Below, piece by piece: positions 47,189 through 57,903 of a stretch of 64,000 nucleotides of DNA. The stretch's first letter is position 1; the number at the start of each line of letters is the position of its first letter. The notes under the pieces were generated by a model. That model was not told the DNA's origin and did not search any database. It saw only the letters and a program-made list of their open reading frames with translations. Source of the DNA: an uncultured Planctomycetales bacterium (GTDB lineage Bacteria > Omnitrophota > Gorgyraeia > Gygaellales > Profunditerraquicolaceae); contig CAZAVF010000001.1 of NCBI GenBank assembly GCA_964488935.1, positions 753 to 64,752 of the forward strand, in the 5' to 3' direction. Both the position numbers and the translations under genes were made by a program.

Positions 47189-47908
47189 TTAATATCCCGT
47201 GAACCCTTCGCTTTTCAGATTGACGGCGGGACAGCCCATATGCAGGCATAACTCTCTCATTTCCGCCACCATGGACGGGGGGCCGAATATGAACACCGTT
47301 CTCTCCCTGAACCACGGGTCGCGCCCTTCTATGAAAGCGCGGTCTATCCGCCCGTAAAAACATTCCCCTTCCGGCGGCCGGCAATCGGTGACCGCATAAT
47401 GCACTTTAAACCGGCCGCTGCAGGCTCCCCAGGCGTCCAACTCCCTCTTGAATGCCGTCTCTTCAACGCTCCTGTTGGAATAAAAAAGAACCGCCTCAAC
47501 CGGAAAACCCTTGTATGCCAGATAATCCACCATGGAGATCACCGGGGTTATCCCGATGCCTCCGGCGATAAAACCCACCCGGGTGTATTCCGGGCTGAGC
47601 GTGCAGCCGCCCATCGGCGCCAGGAGTTTCACTTTGTCGCCGGTCCCGAGAGCCTGCAGACGCAAGGAGAACCTGCTCCCGGTCAGTCTTTTAGTCACCT
47701 CCGCGTAACCGCGGTGGGGTGAACAGGAAAAAGAAAGGTATTTGTTCAGTTCCCCGTTATCCGGGGACTCTTCGTCGAATATCAACTTCAGGAACTGCCC
47801 CGGAAGAAAATCTATTTTTTCTCCGCAGTCGAAACGGAAACTGCTGACCCCGGCGGCCCTTTCCGTGCTGCCGGAGAAAGAAACTTCGAATATCTTCATA
47901 GACCGCAT
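47189..47908 (-). CDS. FAD/NAD(P)-binding oxidoreductase (ferredoxin-NADP reductase-like)
   Basis: FNR-like two-domain fold (RxYS-like flavin motif, GGIGITP NAD(P) motif). Confidence 0.6.
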   Translation of the reverse strand: MRSMKIFEVSFSGSTERAAGVSSFRFDCGEKIDFLPGQFLKLIFDEESPDNGELNKYLSFSCSPHRGYAEVTKRLTGSRFSLRLQALGTGDKVKLLAPMGGCTLSPEYTRVGFIAGGIGITPVISMVDYLAYKGFPVEAVLFYSNRSVEETAFKRELDAWGACSGRFKVHYAVTDCRPPEGECFYGRIDRAFIEGRDPWFRERTVFIFGPPSMVAEMRELCLHMGCPAVNLKSEGFTGY

Positions 47909-48840
47909 TCGGCGAGCACTTCCTTTATCGCAGCGGCCGATTTCCTGAACAGGGCCGTTTCCCCGTCGTCAAGCCTGGGCCTGAGGACCTGACGCACCCC
48001 GGAACGGTTAACCACCGCCGGAAGACTCATATAGACGCCGTTTATGCCGCAATAGTCCTCGACGAGGCAGCCGACCGGCAGGACCGAATTCTGATCGTGC
48101 AGGATTGCCTGGGTGATGCGCACCAGAGCAAGCCCGATCCCGTAGGAAGTCTCCCCTTTACGCTCGATGACCCGGTAGGCGAAAGTCCGCACCTCCTCCG
48201 ATATCCTCTCCAACAGGTCGCGGCGTTCGCATCTGCCGCATACCGGACAGTAATCATCAAGCAGTATGCCGCCGATCATGGCGCGGCTCCAGACCGGGAA
48301 TTCGCTGTCCCCGTGCTCTCCAAGCATATAAGCGTGAACGTTGCGCGCGTCCACCCCGCAATGACGGGAGAGCAGCCAGCGCATCCTGCCGGAATCCAGC
48401 ACCGTGCCGGAGCCTATCACCTTCCCGGAAGGACTGCCGGAGAATTTATACGCGGCGTAGGAAAGCACGTCCACCGGATTGGAAACCACAAGTATGACCG
48501 CATCGGGAGCGTATTTGACTATCTCCGGAACGATCCGGCGGAAAAGCTCCACGTTATCCTTTGCCAGGGCCATGCGCGTCTGCCCGGGGGCCTGTTTACG
48601 CCCGGCGGTGATCACCACCAGGTCGGAACCGGCGATGTCCGCGTATGTGCCTGAGGAGACCTCCACCGGGGAAGCGGTGTAAGGCATGCCGCTGGAGAGA
48701 TCCAGGACCTCTCCTTCCGCGCGTTTTACGTCGATGTCCGTTATCACGATCGACCTGGCTGCGCCGCTGAGCATAAGACTGTAAGCGTACCTTATCCCCA
48801 CGTTTCCGCCGCCGATGACCGCGACTTTCGGTTTAAGCAT
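47896..48840 (-). CDS. ldh: L-lactate dehydrogenase (LDH/MDH family)
   Basis: VAVIGGGNVG, ITAGRKQ, GEHGDS catalytic His. Unusual CPVCGRC tri-cysteine segment. Confidence 0.8.
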   Translation of the reverse strand: MLKPKVAVIGGGNVGIRYAYSLMLSGAARSIVITDIDVKRAEGEVLDLSSGMPYTASPVEVSSGTYADIAGSDLVVITAGRKQAPGQTRMALAKDNVELFRRIVPEIVKYAPDAVILVVSNPVDVLSYAAYKFSGSPSGKVIGSGTVLDSGRMRWLLSRHCGVDARNVHAYMLGEHGDSEFPVWSRAMIGGILLDDYCPVCGRCERRDLLERISEEVRTFAYRVIERKGETSYGIGLALVRITQAILHDQNSVLPVGCLVEDYCGINGVYMSLPAVVNRSGVRQVLRPRLDDGETALFRKSAAAIKEVLAECGL

Positions 48841-48854
48841 ACACTGCCTCAGGT

Positions 48855-49958
48855 TTACAGCCCGGCTTTCAGCGTGCTGTTCTCCAGTTCTTCTATCTCC
48901 GCTTTGAGTTTGTCCGGCAGCCCCAGGACCCCGACATCCATGAATCCCCGTACGATCAGGGACTGGGCTTCCTGCGGGGAGAAACCGCGGCAGCGCAGAT
49001 ATTCTATCTCGTCCTTGTTTATCCTGCCTATGGCGGCTTCATGGGAGAGGTCCACGTCGCGGTATTCGGTCTCCATCTCCGGGATCGCGTAAATACTCCC
49101 TTGCTCGGGCAATATCAGCCCGCGGCATTCCAGGTGCCCCTTCACGTCGCCGGCTGCGGCCTTGATATGCCCGCGGGCCACCACTTTCCCGCCCAGGCTG
49201 ACCGCCCTGGAGATGATCTCGGCCTGTGTCCGTTCCGCCTGCAGGACGACGCGGGAGCCTATGTCCTGCAGGGAACCGGGATGCGAAAGTATTATGGAAT
49301 TGAAACTGGCCCGCGCCTTTCTGCCGTGTAAAAGCGCCGTGGGATACATGGTGATGTCGCGCACCGGTCTCAGGCAGACGTAATTGGATATGAACGCGGC
49401 TTCTTCCCCGACGGAAGCTATGCTTACCGGCTTCACGCTGACGCTTTCCTGCCAGGAATGGATCATGGTGAAATTCAAATATGCCCCGTTATGCACGAAG
49501 AATTCGGATATGCCCAGATGCACGCTTTCGGAGGCGGAATGAGAAGCCGAGCATCCGGTTATTATGTAGGCCCTCGCCCCCTCTTCCACTACGATCAGGT
49601 TATGCACCTTCTGTTCAAAGCCGCGCTGTTTCAGGAAAAGGCAGGCCTGCACGGGGAATTCTATCGTATGGCCGCGCTTGACCCTGATGAAATACCCGCC
49701 CTCGGTCTCTTTGTCGAAGTCCCGGCCCGCGGAACGGAAATTGGCGCCGAAATACCCGGCGGCCGCCGGGTCTCTTTTCAGGGCCTCCCTTATCTCCATT
49801 ATCTCCAGTCCGTCCGAGAACGACCGGGAGAACATGAGCCCGGAGTCCTGCTGCAGAAAACTTCCCGAGCGGTCCTTCTCGGAGAAATCCATCCCCGAGG
49901 AGACAATGGTATCGCGATCGCGATCCTCCAGATTATCTTGCCGATTGCGCTCTGTCAT
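48855..49958 (-). CDS. Fe-S cluster assembly protein SufB/SufD family
   Basis: C-terminal SufBD beta-helix region. N-terminal 22 codons overlap sufC and may not be real (alternative ATG at about 49892). Confidence 0.7.
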   Translation of the reverse strand: MTERNRQDNLEDRDRDTIVSSGMDFSEKDRSGSFLQQDSGLMFSRSFSDGLEIMEIREALKRDPAAAGYFGANFRSAGRDFDKETEGGYFIRVKRGHTIEFPVQACLFLKQRGFEQKVHNLIVVEEGARAYIITGCSASHSASESVHLGISEFFVHNGAYLNFTMIHSWQESVSVKPVSIASVGEEAAFISNYVCLRPVRDITMYPTALLHGRKARASFNSIILSHPGSLQDIGSRVVLQAERTQAEIISRAVSLGGKVVARGHIKAAAGDVKGHLECRGLILPEQGSIYAIPEMETEYRDVDLSHEAAIGRINKDEIEYLRCRGFSPQEAQSLIVRGFMDVGVLGLPDKLKAEIEELENSTLKAGL

Positions 49959-50661
49959 CGCACCCTATGCATTTGTCGTAACCGCGTTCCCTTATGTTCT
50001 CGAATATCTCCTTCGGCCTGCCCACGCACCACATCTTCCCGTCTATCATCACGCAGCCTTTCCTGGCGTTTATATAATCCAGGATATACCCGGTGTGTGT
50101 TATGATCAGCGCGGACTTCCCTTCTTCCTTGAGATACTCATCAAGCACCCTGCCCATCACCGAGATGTTCTCCAGGTCCACTCCCGACTCCGGTTCGTCG
50201 AGGAGGAGCATATCGGGATCCTGCAGTATCAACTGGAAAAGCTCCGAGCGTTTCATTTCGCCGCCGGAGAACCCGATATTTATGTCCCTGGATAAATGCT
50301 GGGAAAGGGAAAGCTTACCGGACATGTTCTTTATAAGCCCCCCGTCCCCGTTGAGACGGCCGGCGATCTGGGAGAGCTTGACGCCCCTGACCTGCGGAGG
50401 ATGCTGATACATAAGCCCCAGGCCGAGCTTTACCCTCTCCTCCATGGGAAGGCCGTCTATCCTGGTCCCCTTCAGCATGATCTCTCCGGAGGTGACTTTG
50501 TAGCCTTCAAACCCCATTATAGCCTTCAGCAGCGTGCTCTTGCCGCTCCCGTTCGGGCCGAACAGAACCACTACTTCCCCTTTGCGTATATGCATGTTCA
50601 CGCCCTGAAGAATGCGGTGACCGGATATTTCCACGCTTATGTCTTTGACCTCAAGCATCAT
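49933..50661 (-). CDS. sufC: Fe-S cluster assembly ATPase SufC
   Basis: Walker A GPNGSGKST, signature FSGGEMKR, Walker B LLLDEPESG. Confidence 0.85.
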   Translation of the reverse strand: MMLEVKDISVEISGHRILQGVNMHIRKGEVVVLFGPNGSGKSTLLKAIMGFEGYKVTSGEIMLKGTRIDGLPMEERVKLGLGLMYQHPPQVRGVKLSQIAGRLNGDGGLIKNMSGKLSLSQHLSRDINIGFSGGEMKRSELFQLILQDPDMLLLDEPESGVDLENISVMGRVLDEYLKEEGKSALIITHTGYILDYINARKGCVMIDGKMWCVGRPKEIFENIRERGYDKCIGCDDRAQSAR

Positions 50662-50803
50662 TATGACTCTCCGAGATATGTCCGGATGGAAAGCTCCGGG
50701 CCGTCCTATTTTACCAGTAAAGGAACTCCTTAGTAAACTATTTTCTTAAGAGAAAACATACTGGTCAGGGAGACGGCGGAAAACCGGGACAATCCGCGCC
50801 GCT

Positions 50804-53509
50804 CTACGGCCGGCTGCGTATTCTCTTCATCAATTCCATGCACCATAACGGCAACGAGGAAAGGGCGACCATCACTGCCCAGTCGAGAACGTCCGGTGAA
50901 GAGACGCTGAAGATGTCGGAGAAAAACGGCATGTAGACCGCCGCCAGCAAAAGCAGGAAAGAGACCAGCACCGCAGCCACAAGCTTGGGATTGGAGGATA
51001 TGCCGAGTGAGAACACCGAACGCTCGGCGCTGCGGCAGTTGAAGGCGTGAAAAAGCTGGCTGCAGGAAAGCACGATAAAGGCGGCGGTCCGCGCCTCCAT
51101 CAACCCTTGCTTGCGTACGAACATCTCGAAGACAAAAGCGGCCAGGCTGCAGAAGGCTATCAGGCCTCCCTGAAAAAGCATCAGCTTGAGCCGCCGGACG
51201 TCTACGATCTTCTCCCGAGGATCGCGCGGTGGCCTGGACATCACGTCCCTTTCCACCGGCTCCACCCCCAATGCCAGGGCCGGCAGGCTGTCGGTCACCA
51301 GATTTACCCAGAGTATGTGTATGGGCAAAAGCGGCACCGGCAGTCCGGCCAGGGAAGCCGCGAACATGACCATGATCTCTCCGGTGTTGCAGGAAAGCAG
51401 GTAATGTATGAATTTGCGGATGTTCCCGTATATGCCGCGCCCCTCTTCCACCGCGGCGACTATAGAAGAAAAGTTATCGTCGGTGACGACCATGTCGGAG
51501 ACCTCTTTGGTAACGTCCGTGCCGGTGATCCCCATGGCGACCCCGATGTCGGCTTCTTTCACCGCCGGGGCGTCGTTGACGCCGTCGCCGGTCATGGCCA
51601 CGATCTCGCCGCGTCCGCGCCAGGCCTTCACGATCCTCAGCTTATGCTCGGGAGATACCCTGGCGTATACCGCGATATTCTCCACGCGGGAAGAGAACTC
51701 CTCCCCCGAAAGACGGTCCAGTTCCTCGCCGCTCAAAGCCGCGGAACCGGAATCGAAGAACCCGAGGCTGCGCGCCACTGCCACGGCGGTATTCTTATGG
51801 TCGCCGGTGATCATCACGGTGCGTATTCCGGCCCTCCTGCAGCTTGCCACCGCCTCCGCGGCCTCCGGGCGGGGCGGGTCCATCATGGCGATCAGGCCGC
51901 AAAAAACGAGATACCGTTCTATGAAATCCGGGTTATAATCCTCCGGGCGGCCGTCCAGGGAACGGTAGGCTACGGCCAGCACGCGCATCGCTCCGTCGGC
52001 CAGGCTGTTGTTGAGCTCGAGTATGCGCCTCTTCTCTTCGGGAGAAAGCCTGCGCCTTGTCCCGTTCTCCTCGATCTCCGAACAGTCCCCGAGGAGCACA
52101 TCGGGGGCCCCCTTGACGAACGCGGTAAACCCGTCCCCCTGCCTGCGGACCACGCTCATTTTCTTGCGTTTAGGGTCAAACGGGATCTCTTCCACGAAGG
52201 GAAATGCCTTTTCCATCGCCGGTTTATCGATCCCCATTTTGGCCGCCGCTACCACTATGGCGCCCTCGGTAGGGTCACCGACCACGCTGGTCCTGCCGGA
52301 AGAAGACACCAGTTCGGCTCCGTTGCAAAGAACGCCGCACAGCAAGGCCTTGTTCAACTCCGGGTAATCGAGAGGGTTTATTTTCCTGCCGTCCAGGAGA
52401 AAATCCCCCCGGGGGGTATACCCGCTGCCCTCCACCGAGAACACGCGGTCCGGGAAGGCTATGCGCTGCACGGTCATCTCATTTTTGGTCAAGGTCCCGG
52501 TTTTGTCGGTGCAGATGACCGTGGCGCAGCCCAGCGTCTCCACCGAGGGGAGTTTCCGGATCAAAGCATTGCGTTTGACCATACGCTGCACACCGAGGGC
52601 CAGGGCCACCGTGACCACCGCCGGCAGACCTTCGGGTATCGCCGCCACAGCCAGGCTGACCGCGGTGAGAAAAACATCCAGTATCCTCCCGCCGCGCAGC
52701 ATCTCCAGGACAAAAACGACGCCCACCAGCGCGAAACAAATGTATACTATCCATCTGCCGAACTCTTCCAGCTTGCGCTGCAGAGGCGTCTGTTCCGGCA
52801 CCTGCTGCTGTATCATGCCGGCTATCCTGCCGAGTTCGGTGCGCATCCCGGTGCTGACCACCAGGGCCCTGGCTTTCCCGGCGACCACCGACGTCCCCAT
52901 ATAAACCATGTTGGCCCTGTCCGCCAGTCCGGCGTCGGCGATATTCAAAGGAAGTTCGGTCTTGTTCACGGGTATCGACTCCCCGGTAAGACTGGCCTCC
53001 TGGAGCGAGAAATTCCGCGTGGCCCAGGAAATACGGCAGTCCGCCTGAAGATTGTCCCCCGCCTCTATCTCGATCAGGTCCCCGGGGACCAGATCGCGGG
53101 AAGGGATCATTCCGCGCACTCCGCTGCGTATGATGCGCGATACCGGACTGGACATTTTCTTCAACGCCGCCAGTGATTTTTCCGCGCGGTACTCCTGCAG
53201 GAATCCCAGGAAGGCATTCAGCGCCACCACCGCCAGTATAGCCAGTGCGTCTCCCCATTCGTTCAGAAAACCGGATATCACCGCCGCAACTATCAGCACC
53301 CAGATGATGAAACTCCTGAATTGCGCGATAAAGATCTCGAGCGCCGAGTCGTGCACGGCTTCCTTTAATTCATTGGGCCCGTATTCGCGCAACCGGTCGC
53401 CTGCCGCCTGCAGGGAAAGTCCTTTATTCAGGTCCGTACCGAGTTCTCCGGCCGCCCCGGCAACGTCTTTCTGCCACCATTTAATCATAGAGTAGCGTTC
53501 TGTGTCCAC
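50804..53509 (-). CDS. Cation-translocating P-type ATPase (type IIA/IIB, Ca2+-ATPase-like)
   Basis: DKTGTLT phosphorylation site, [10 protein letters not shown] hinge, 10 TM, N-terminal cation-ATPase_N. Confidence 0.9.
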   Translation of the reverse strand: MDTERYSMIKWWQKDVAGAAGELGTDLNKGLSLQAAGDRLREYGPNELKEAVHDSALEIFIAQFRSFIIWVLIVAAVISGFLNEWGDALAILAVVALNAFLGFLQEYRAEKSLAALKKMSSPVSRIIRSGVRGMIPSRDLVPGDLIEIEAGDNLQADCRISWATRNFSLQEASLTGESIPVNKTELPLNIADAGLADRANMVYMGTSVVAGKARALVVSTGMRTELGRIAGMIQQQVPEQTPLQRKLEEFGRWIVYICFALVGVVFVLEMLRGGRILDVFLTAVSLAVAAIPEGLPAVVTVALALGVQRMVKRNALIRKLPSVETLGCATVICTDKTGTLTKNEMTVQRIAFPDRVFSVEGSGYTPRGDFLLDGRKINPLDYPELNKALLCGVLCNGAELVSSSGRTSVVGDPTEGAIVVAAAKMGIDKPAMEKAFPFVEEIPFDPKRKKMSVVRRQGDGFTAFVKGAPDVLLGDCSEIEENGTRRRLSPEEKRRILELNNSLADGAMRVLAVAYRSLDGRPEDYNPDFIERYLVFCGLIAMMDPPRPEAAEAVASCRRAGIRTVMITGDHKNTAVAVARSLGFFDSGSAALSGEELDRLSGEEFSSRVENIAVYARVSPEHKLRIVKAWRGRGEIVAMTGDGVNDAPAVKEADIGVAMGITGTDVTKEVSDMVVTDDNFSSIVAAVEEGRGIYGNIRKFIHYLLSCNTGEIMVMFAASLAGLPVPLLPIHILWVNLVTDSLPALALGVEPVERDVMSRPPRDPREKIVDVRRLKLMLFQGGLIAFCSLAAFVFEMFVRKQGLMEARTAAFIVLSCSQLFHAFNCRSAERSVFSLGISSNPKLVAAVLVSFLLLLAAVYMPFFSDIFSVSSPDVLDWAVMVALSSLPLWCMELMKRIRSRP

Positions 53510-53546
53510 ACCGCAGCCTTTCCGTTATACATCCGTACCGCCGTCA

Positions 53547-54560
53547 TCAGCAGAATATGCCGGGGACCTTCTCCCCGCAAAAACGGCATTTTCCGCTATC
53601 GATCCCGCAATTCCTTACGCTGAATATCCCCCTTGTCACCAGAAGTTCCCGGCACTTATGACAATGCGTGTCCCCGCCCCAGCCTGAGACGTTGCCGGCG
53701 TAAACGTATGAAAGCCCGGCCCGCTTTCCCGCCTCCACCGCCCTCCTCACAAGAGGCTCCGGGGTGGACTGAAAAGCGTTGAATTTATAATCCGGGTGGA
53801 AACGCGAAATGTGCCAGGGTGTATGCCTGTCCAGGGAAACGATGAATCCCGCCAGACCTTCGAGTTCCTCTTCCGAGTCGTTCAACCCGGGTATCAGCAG
53901 CGTGGTGAGCTCAACCCAGATGCCGAGCTTTTTCATCAGGCGCACCGATTCCAGGACCGGCTCCAGAGACGCCCCGCAGTACTCGCGGTATGAATCCTCC
54001 CTGAAGAATTTTATGTCCACGTTGGCCGCGTCCAGCCATGGGGCGGCTGTCTCCAGCGCTCTGCCGGTCATATAACCGTTGGTGACGAAAACGTTCTTCA
54101 ACCCTTTTTCACGCGCCGCTTTGCAGGTATCTAACGCGTATTCCATGAATACCGTGGGTTCGGTATAAGTATAGGAAACACCGGCGCAGCCGTTCTCCAG
54201 CGCCGACTCCACAATCTTCTCCGGAGGGATTTCCTCCTCCCTGGCTGATCCGTCGTAAACGGAAACATCCTGCGATATCTGCCAGTTCTGGCAGAACCCG
54301 CACCTGAAATTGCAGCCGGGAAAGGCGATCGACATGCTCAATGAACCCGGGAGAAAATGATAAAGCGGTTTCTTCTCCACCGGGTCGACGTTCCCGCAGA
54401 CGGGATTGCCGTAGGCGTGCGTCATCAGAATCCCGTCCCTGTTGAAACGGACGCCGCAAACGCCGCTGCCGCCCGGCCCGATACGGCAGGAATGACGGCA
54501 AAGCAGGCAATGCACCGCGCCGCCGTCCAGTTTATCGTATAATATCGCCTCTTTATCCAT
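53547..54560 (-). CDS. Radical SAM enzyme of the AmmeMemoRadiSam (AmrS) / PFL-activase-like family
   Basis: CNFRCGFCQNW radical-SAM CxxxCxxC with the CQNW signature, plus N-terminal Cys-rich HCLLCRHSC...GVCGV. Confidence 0.65.
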   Translation of the reverse strand: MDKEAILYDKLDGGAVHCLLCRHSCRIGPGGSGVCGVRFNRDGILMTHAYGNPVCGNVDPVEKKPLYHFLPGSLSMSIAFPGCNFRCGFCQNWQISQDVSVYDGSAREEEIPPEKIVESALENGCAGVSYTYTEPTVFMEYALDTCKAAREKGLKNVFVTNGYMTGRALETAAPWLDAANVDIKFFREDSYREYCGASLEPVLESVRLMKKLGIWVELTTLLIPGLNDSEEELEGLAGFIVSLDRHTPWHISRFHPDYKFNAFQSTPEPLVRRAVEAGKRAGLSYVYAGNVSGWGGDTHCHKCRELLVTRGIFSVRNCGIDSGKCRFCGEKVPGIFC

Positions 54561-54575
54561 ATCCGGCGGCTGCCT

Positions 54576-55292
54576 TCAGCGTATAAGCGCCACCTCGTCT
54601 ATATACAGGACCACCTCTATATCCCCCGTCTTCAGGTCGACCGGCTGGTCTGTGACAAGACCTGTCACCTCGAACTGGTAGGATTTCACCCCGTTGTCGA
54701 CCCGGCTCAGGGATGTCTTATCGTCCCCGGTCCCGGTCCACTTTACGCTTTTCCAGTCGCGCTGATAGTCGTAGCGCGTGGTCAACTCCTTGAAATAGAC
54801 CCTTTCATCCAGCCATTCACCGGTATGCACTATCCTGGAGGCGCGAAGGATCTCTCCGTCCCCGTCTATGATATCGGTGGCGATCCTGACCAGCACCGGT
54901 TTCTGTCCCGTTCCTTTGACGGGTTCGACGAATACTTTATATGAGATACCGGATATCCCGCTCCAGTCCAGACCGGCCGGACGGTTCTCCCATTCGCATT
55001 TCTTATCGATGAGACCCTGCCCGCAGGCCAGGAAATTATAGCTGCCCGGGATCAGTTTGAGCGTCAATTTAAGCGACCGGCCGAACGGCGCCGCGCTTTT
55101 GGCCGAGCTTTCCACCGCGAGATTGAAGTCCCTGCTTCCGTACTCCACTTTCTTCACAGCATCCCCGGAATCGAACCTGCTGACCACTATCCGGTGCTGA
55201 TCCGCCGGACGCAGCAGCATGCCGGCTACAAAAACCGCCGCTAAAGCCGCCGGGACCGCCAAGAAAACAGCCGTTCTTTTCGCCTTGATCAT
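54576..55292 (-). CDS. Exported/membrane-anchored hypothetical protein
   Basis: N-terminal hydrophobic anchor, no recognisable domain. Tightly packed between radical SAM and PP-loop genes. Confidence 0.4.
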   Translation of the reverse strand: MIKAKRTAVFLAVPAALAAVFVAGMLLRPADQHRIVVSRFDSGDAVKKVEYGSRDFNLAVESSAKSAAPFGRSLKLTLKLIPGSYNFLACGQGLIDKKCEWENRPAGLDWSGISGISYKVFVEPVKGTGQKPVLVRIATDIIDGDGEILRASRIVHTGEWLDERVYFKELTTRYDYQRDWKSVKWTGTGDDKTSLSRVDNGVKSYQFEVTGLVTDQPVDLKTGDIEVVLYIDEVALIR

Positions 55293-55301
55293 CTCTCCTC
55301 C

Positions 55302-56369
55302 TTAACGATGTTGGTGCCCTATGCGTAACGCATCCAGGGCCTTTTCGTCCGCGGGCATACAATACGAAATTTCTTCCGCGCCTCCCTGCACCCTGCAGGA
55401 TATTCTTACTCCTTCGCCGGGAGCGGGCCGGCAGTAATAAGCCAGCAGGGAACCTGACAATGATATGAGTCCGGGGTCGAATTCCCCCCTGCCCAGGGCA
55501 ACAGGACCTGCCTCATCTAACGTATAGAACAACCGGTCGCCCGGCGCGGCACAGGACTCCAGTTCCCCGTTCTCCTTTTCGTCTCTTCCCACTATGAGCC
55601 TTGTCTTTTCGGAAAGTCTGAAATGCCTGCCGATCTTGAGCAGTTCAAGTTCCGGGAGCTTAACCCCCTCATGACAACAAAGGTCGCGCAGCCGTCCGGA
55701 AAAGATCGGGTCCGTGAGCAGACACCCGCCGGCGGCATTCACGGGTTCCTTTATGCCCATAGACTCCGCCAGGCGTAATTGCGCCCGGCGGGACCGTCCG
55801 CTAATACTCAGCAGTTTGGCGCGCTCCACCCATCCTTCTCTTTCAGGGATGGTCACCGGCAGTATGCGGCCGGACAGAGGTCTCAGGATCAGCCCGGGGA
55901 TGCCGCTTTCCCGGTCGGCGATCTCAAGTGTCTGTCTGCGCTGCGACATGCCGCGCTGCCCGACCACTTCTCCGGTCACTACGAAATCGGCGCCCTCCCT
56001 CCGCATGAAATCGGCGCCCTTCTTCAACATCAATATACGGCAGTCCAGGCATGGATTCATGTTGGAGCCGAAACCGTGTTCCGGAGATCTCAGGATGGCG
56101 ACGGCTTCATCGGAGACGCTGATCTCCGCGACAGGGGCTCCCGACCATTCCTCCAGACAGGAAACAAGTCTCTTCCTCGTTCCGGTTTTATCGCGCTCGC
56201 GCGGCAGATAAGGCAGCACGATCTTGAGCGGCAGGATCTTTATCCCCTGGTCGATCATCAGCCTGGCGGCAAGTATGCTGTCCAGCCCGCCTGAAATAAG
56301 CGCCACGGCTTTTATCTGTTCTTTAACGGACATTTCTCCAGCTTTCTTTGCGGACTGAGTATTGGGCAA
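55302..56369 (-). CDS. ThiI-like PP-loop ATP pyrophosphatase lacking THUMP domain (putative sulfurtransferase)
   Basis: SGGLDS PP-loop at residue about 25, GEVVGQRGMSQ (ThiI GESLGQVASQ-like), GGCLLTDP (ThiI CCTLFxP-like), plus a unique roughly 100-aa C-terminal extension. Confidence 0.6.
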   Translation of the reverse strand: MPNTQSAKKAGEMSVKEQIKAVALISGGLDSILAARLMIDQGIKILPLKIVLPYLPRERDKTGTRKRLVSCLEEWSGAPVAEISVSDEAVAILRSPEHGFGSNMNPCLDCRILMLKKGADFMRREGADFVVTGEVVGQRGMSQRRQTLEIADRESGIPGLILRPLSGRILPVTIPEREGWVERAKLLSISGRSRRAQLRLAESMGIKEPVNAAGGCLLTDPIFSGRLRDLCCHEGVKLPELELLKIGRHFRLSEKTRLIVGRDEKENGELESCAAPGDRLFYTLDEAGPVALGRGEFDPGLISLSGSLLAYYCRPAPGEGVRISCRVQGGAEEISYCMPADEKALDALRIGHQHR

Positions 56370-56386
56370 CGTGAACGCCGGGACGG

Positions 56387-57745
56387 TTATCCCTTAAGGC
56401 GGACGGCCGGCAGGTTTTTCAAAGAACGCCTGATCTCCGCGGCCGGATGAGAAAAATTCTTCAACTCTCCGCCGAGGAACTTATCGTAGGACGCAAGGTC
56501 GAGGAAACCGTGGCCGCTGAAGTTGAAAAGGATGCATGCGCCCTTCGGCGCCGCTCTTGCCGCGTCGACGGCGGCCTTCACGGCGTGCGCGGTCTCCGGG
56601 GCCGGGATTATGCCTTCGGTCCTGGCAAAAACCAGAGCGGCCTTGAAAACTTCCAGCTGCGGATAAGACCGGGCCTCGGCTATCTTCTTCCTGCAAAGCA
56701 GGCTTACGAGAGGGGAACACCCGTGATATCTCAGCCCGCCGGCGTGTATTGAAGGAGGCATGAATTTATGGCCCAGCGTGAACATCTTCAGCAGGGGAGT
56801 GAGAGAAGCGGTATCCCCGAAATCGTATTCATACAGCCCCCTGGTAAGAGTGGGACAGGCTGACGGCTCGACGGCTATTATGCGCATCTCCGGGCGCCTG
56901 CGCAGTTTGTCGGTCACGAACGGAAAGGCCAGCCCTCCGAAGTTGCTGCCGCCGCCCACGCATCCGATCACGAAATCAGGCTTCTCCCCGAGGATCTTAA
57001 GCTGCGCCTTGGCCTCCTGTCCGATCACGGTCTGATGCAGAAGCACGTGGTTCAACACGCTGCCGAGGGCGTAATTGGTATCCTTTCTGCCGGCTGCGTC
57101 CTCCACCGCTTCGGAAATGGCCGTCCCGAGACTCCCCTGGCACCCCGGGTCCTCCTTCAGCATGGCCCGCCCGCAGACCGTCGTATCGGAAGGGGAGGCG
57201 ACGACGTCCGCGCCCCAGATCTTCATCAATGAACGCCGGAAAGGTTTCTGGTTGTAACTCACCTTCACCATATAAACCATGCATTTCATGGAAAAGACGT
57301 TACAGGCAAAACTCAATGCCGCGCCCCACTGCCCGGCACCGGTCTCGGTGGTGAGGCGGCGTATCCCTTCTTTCTTGTTGAAATACGCCTGCGCTATGGA
57401 AGTATTGATCTTATGACTGCCGGTGGGGGAAACGCTTTCGTCTTTATAGTATATGCGGGCTTTTGTTCTCAGGTACTTTTCCAGCCGCAAGGCCCTCCTC
57501 AAAGGAGTGGGCCTCCAAAGCCGGTAGATATCCCTTACTGCGGCCGGGATGACGATCTCTTTCTGCCTGCTCATTTCCTGGCGGATCAACGAAAGAGGGA
57601 ATATCCTTTGCAGGTCCGCCGCCGACAAAGGCCGTCCGGTGGCGGGATTCAAGGCCGGAGGAGCGGGAAAAGGCAGATCGGCAAGCAGGTTATACCAGGC
57701 CGCCGGTATATGTTTTTCCGTCAGGATGACTTTACTCTCATCCAT
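56387..57745 (-). CDS. TrpB-like PLP-dependent enzyme (TrpB2 / trpB_rel family)
   Basis: [11 protein letters not shown]-lysine, [22 protein letters not shown] motifs. Confidence 0.75.
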   Translation of the reverse strand: MDESKVILTEKHIPAAWYNLLADLPFPAPPALNPATGRPLSAADLQRIFPLSLIRQEMSRQKEIVIPAAVRDIYRLWRPTPLRRALRLEKYLRTKARIYYKDESVSPTGSHKINTSIAQAYFNKKEGIRRLTTETGAGQWGAALSFACNVFSMKCMVYMVKVSYNQKPFRRSLMKIWGADVVASPSDTTVCGRAMLKEDPGCQGSLGTAISEAVEDAAGRKDTNYALGSVLNHVLLHQTVIGQEAKAQLKILGEKPDFVIGCVGGGSNFGGLAFPFVTDKLRRRPEMRIIAVEPSACPTLTRGLYEYDFGDTASLTPLLKMFTLGHKFMPPSIHAGGLRYHGCSPLVSLLCRKKIAEARSYPQLEVFKAALVFARTEGIIPAPETAHAVKAAVDAARAAPKGACILFNFSGHGFLDLASYDKFLGGELKNFSHPAAEIRRSLKNLPAVRLKG

Positions 57746-57903
57746 AATACGCCTACCCCTGGCAGGGCTTTCTTCCTTTATTCGCCTTCTTGGAACGCCA
57801 GTTCAATTTACCTCTACGTTTTCTCTTTCCCATTTTTACCTTCCTTTCAACCTTGTTTTCACGGTCTTAAGAAACCGCCGTGCGATGTATTCCGCGTTGA
57901 CGA

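Noticed and set aside
51047-53176. 709-aa plus-strand ORF
   Set aside because: Antisense to the P-type ATPase ([17 protein letters not shown] on minus strand). Arg/Gly/His-rich low-complexity translation typical of GC-rich antisense frames.
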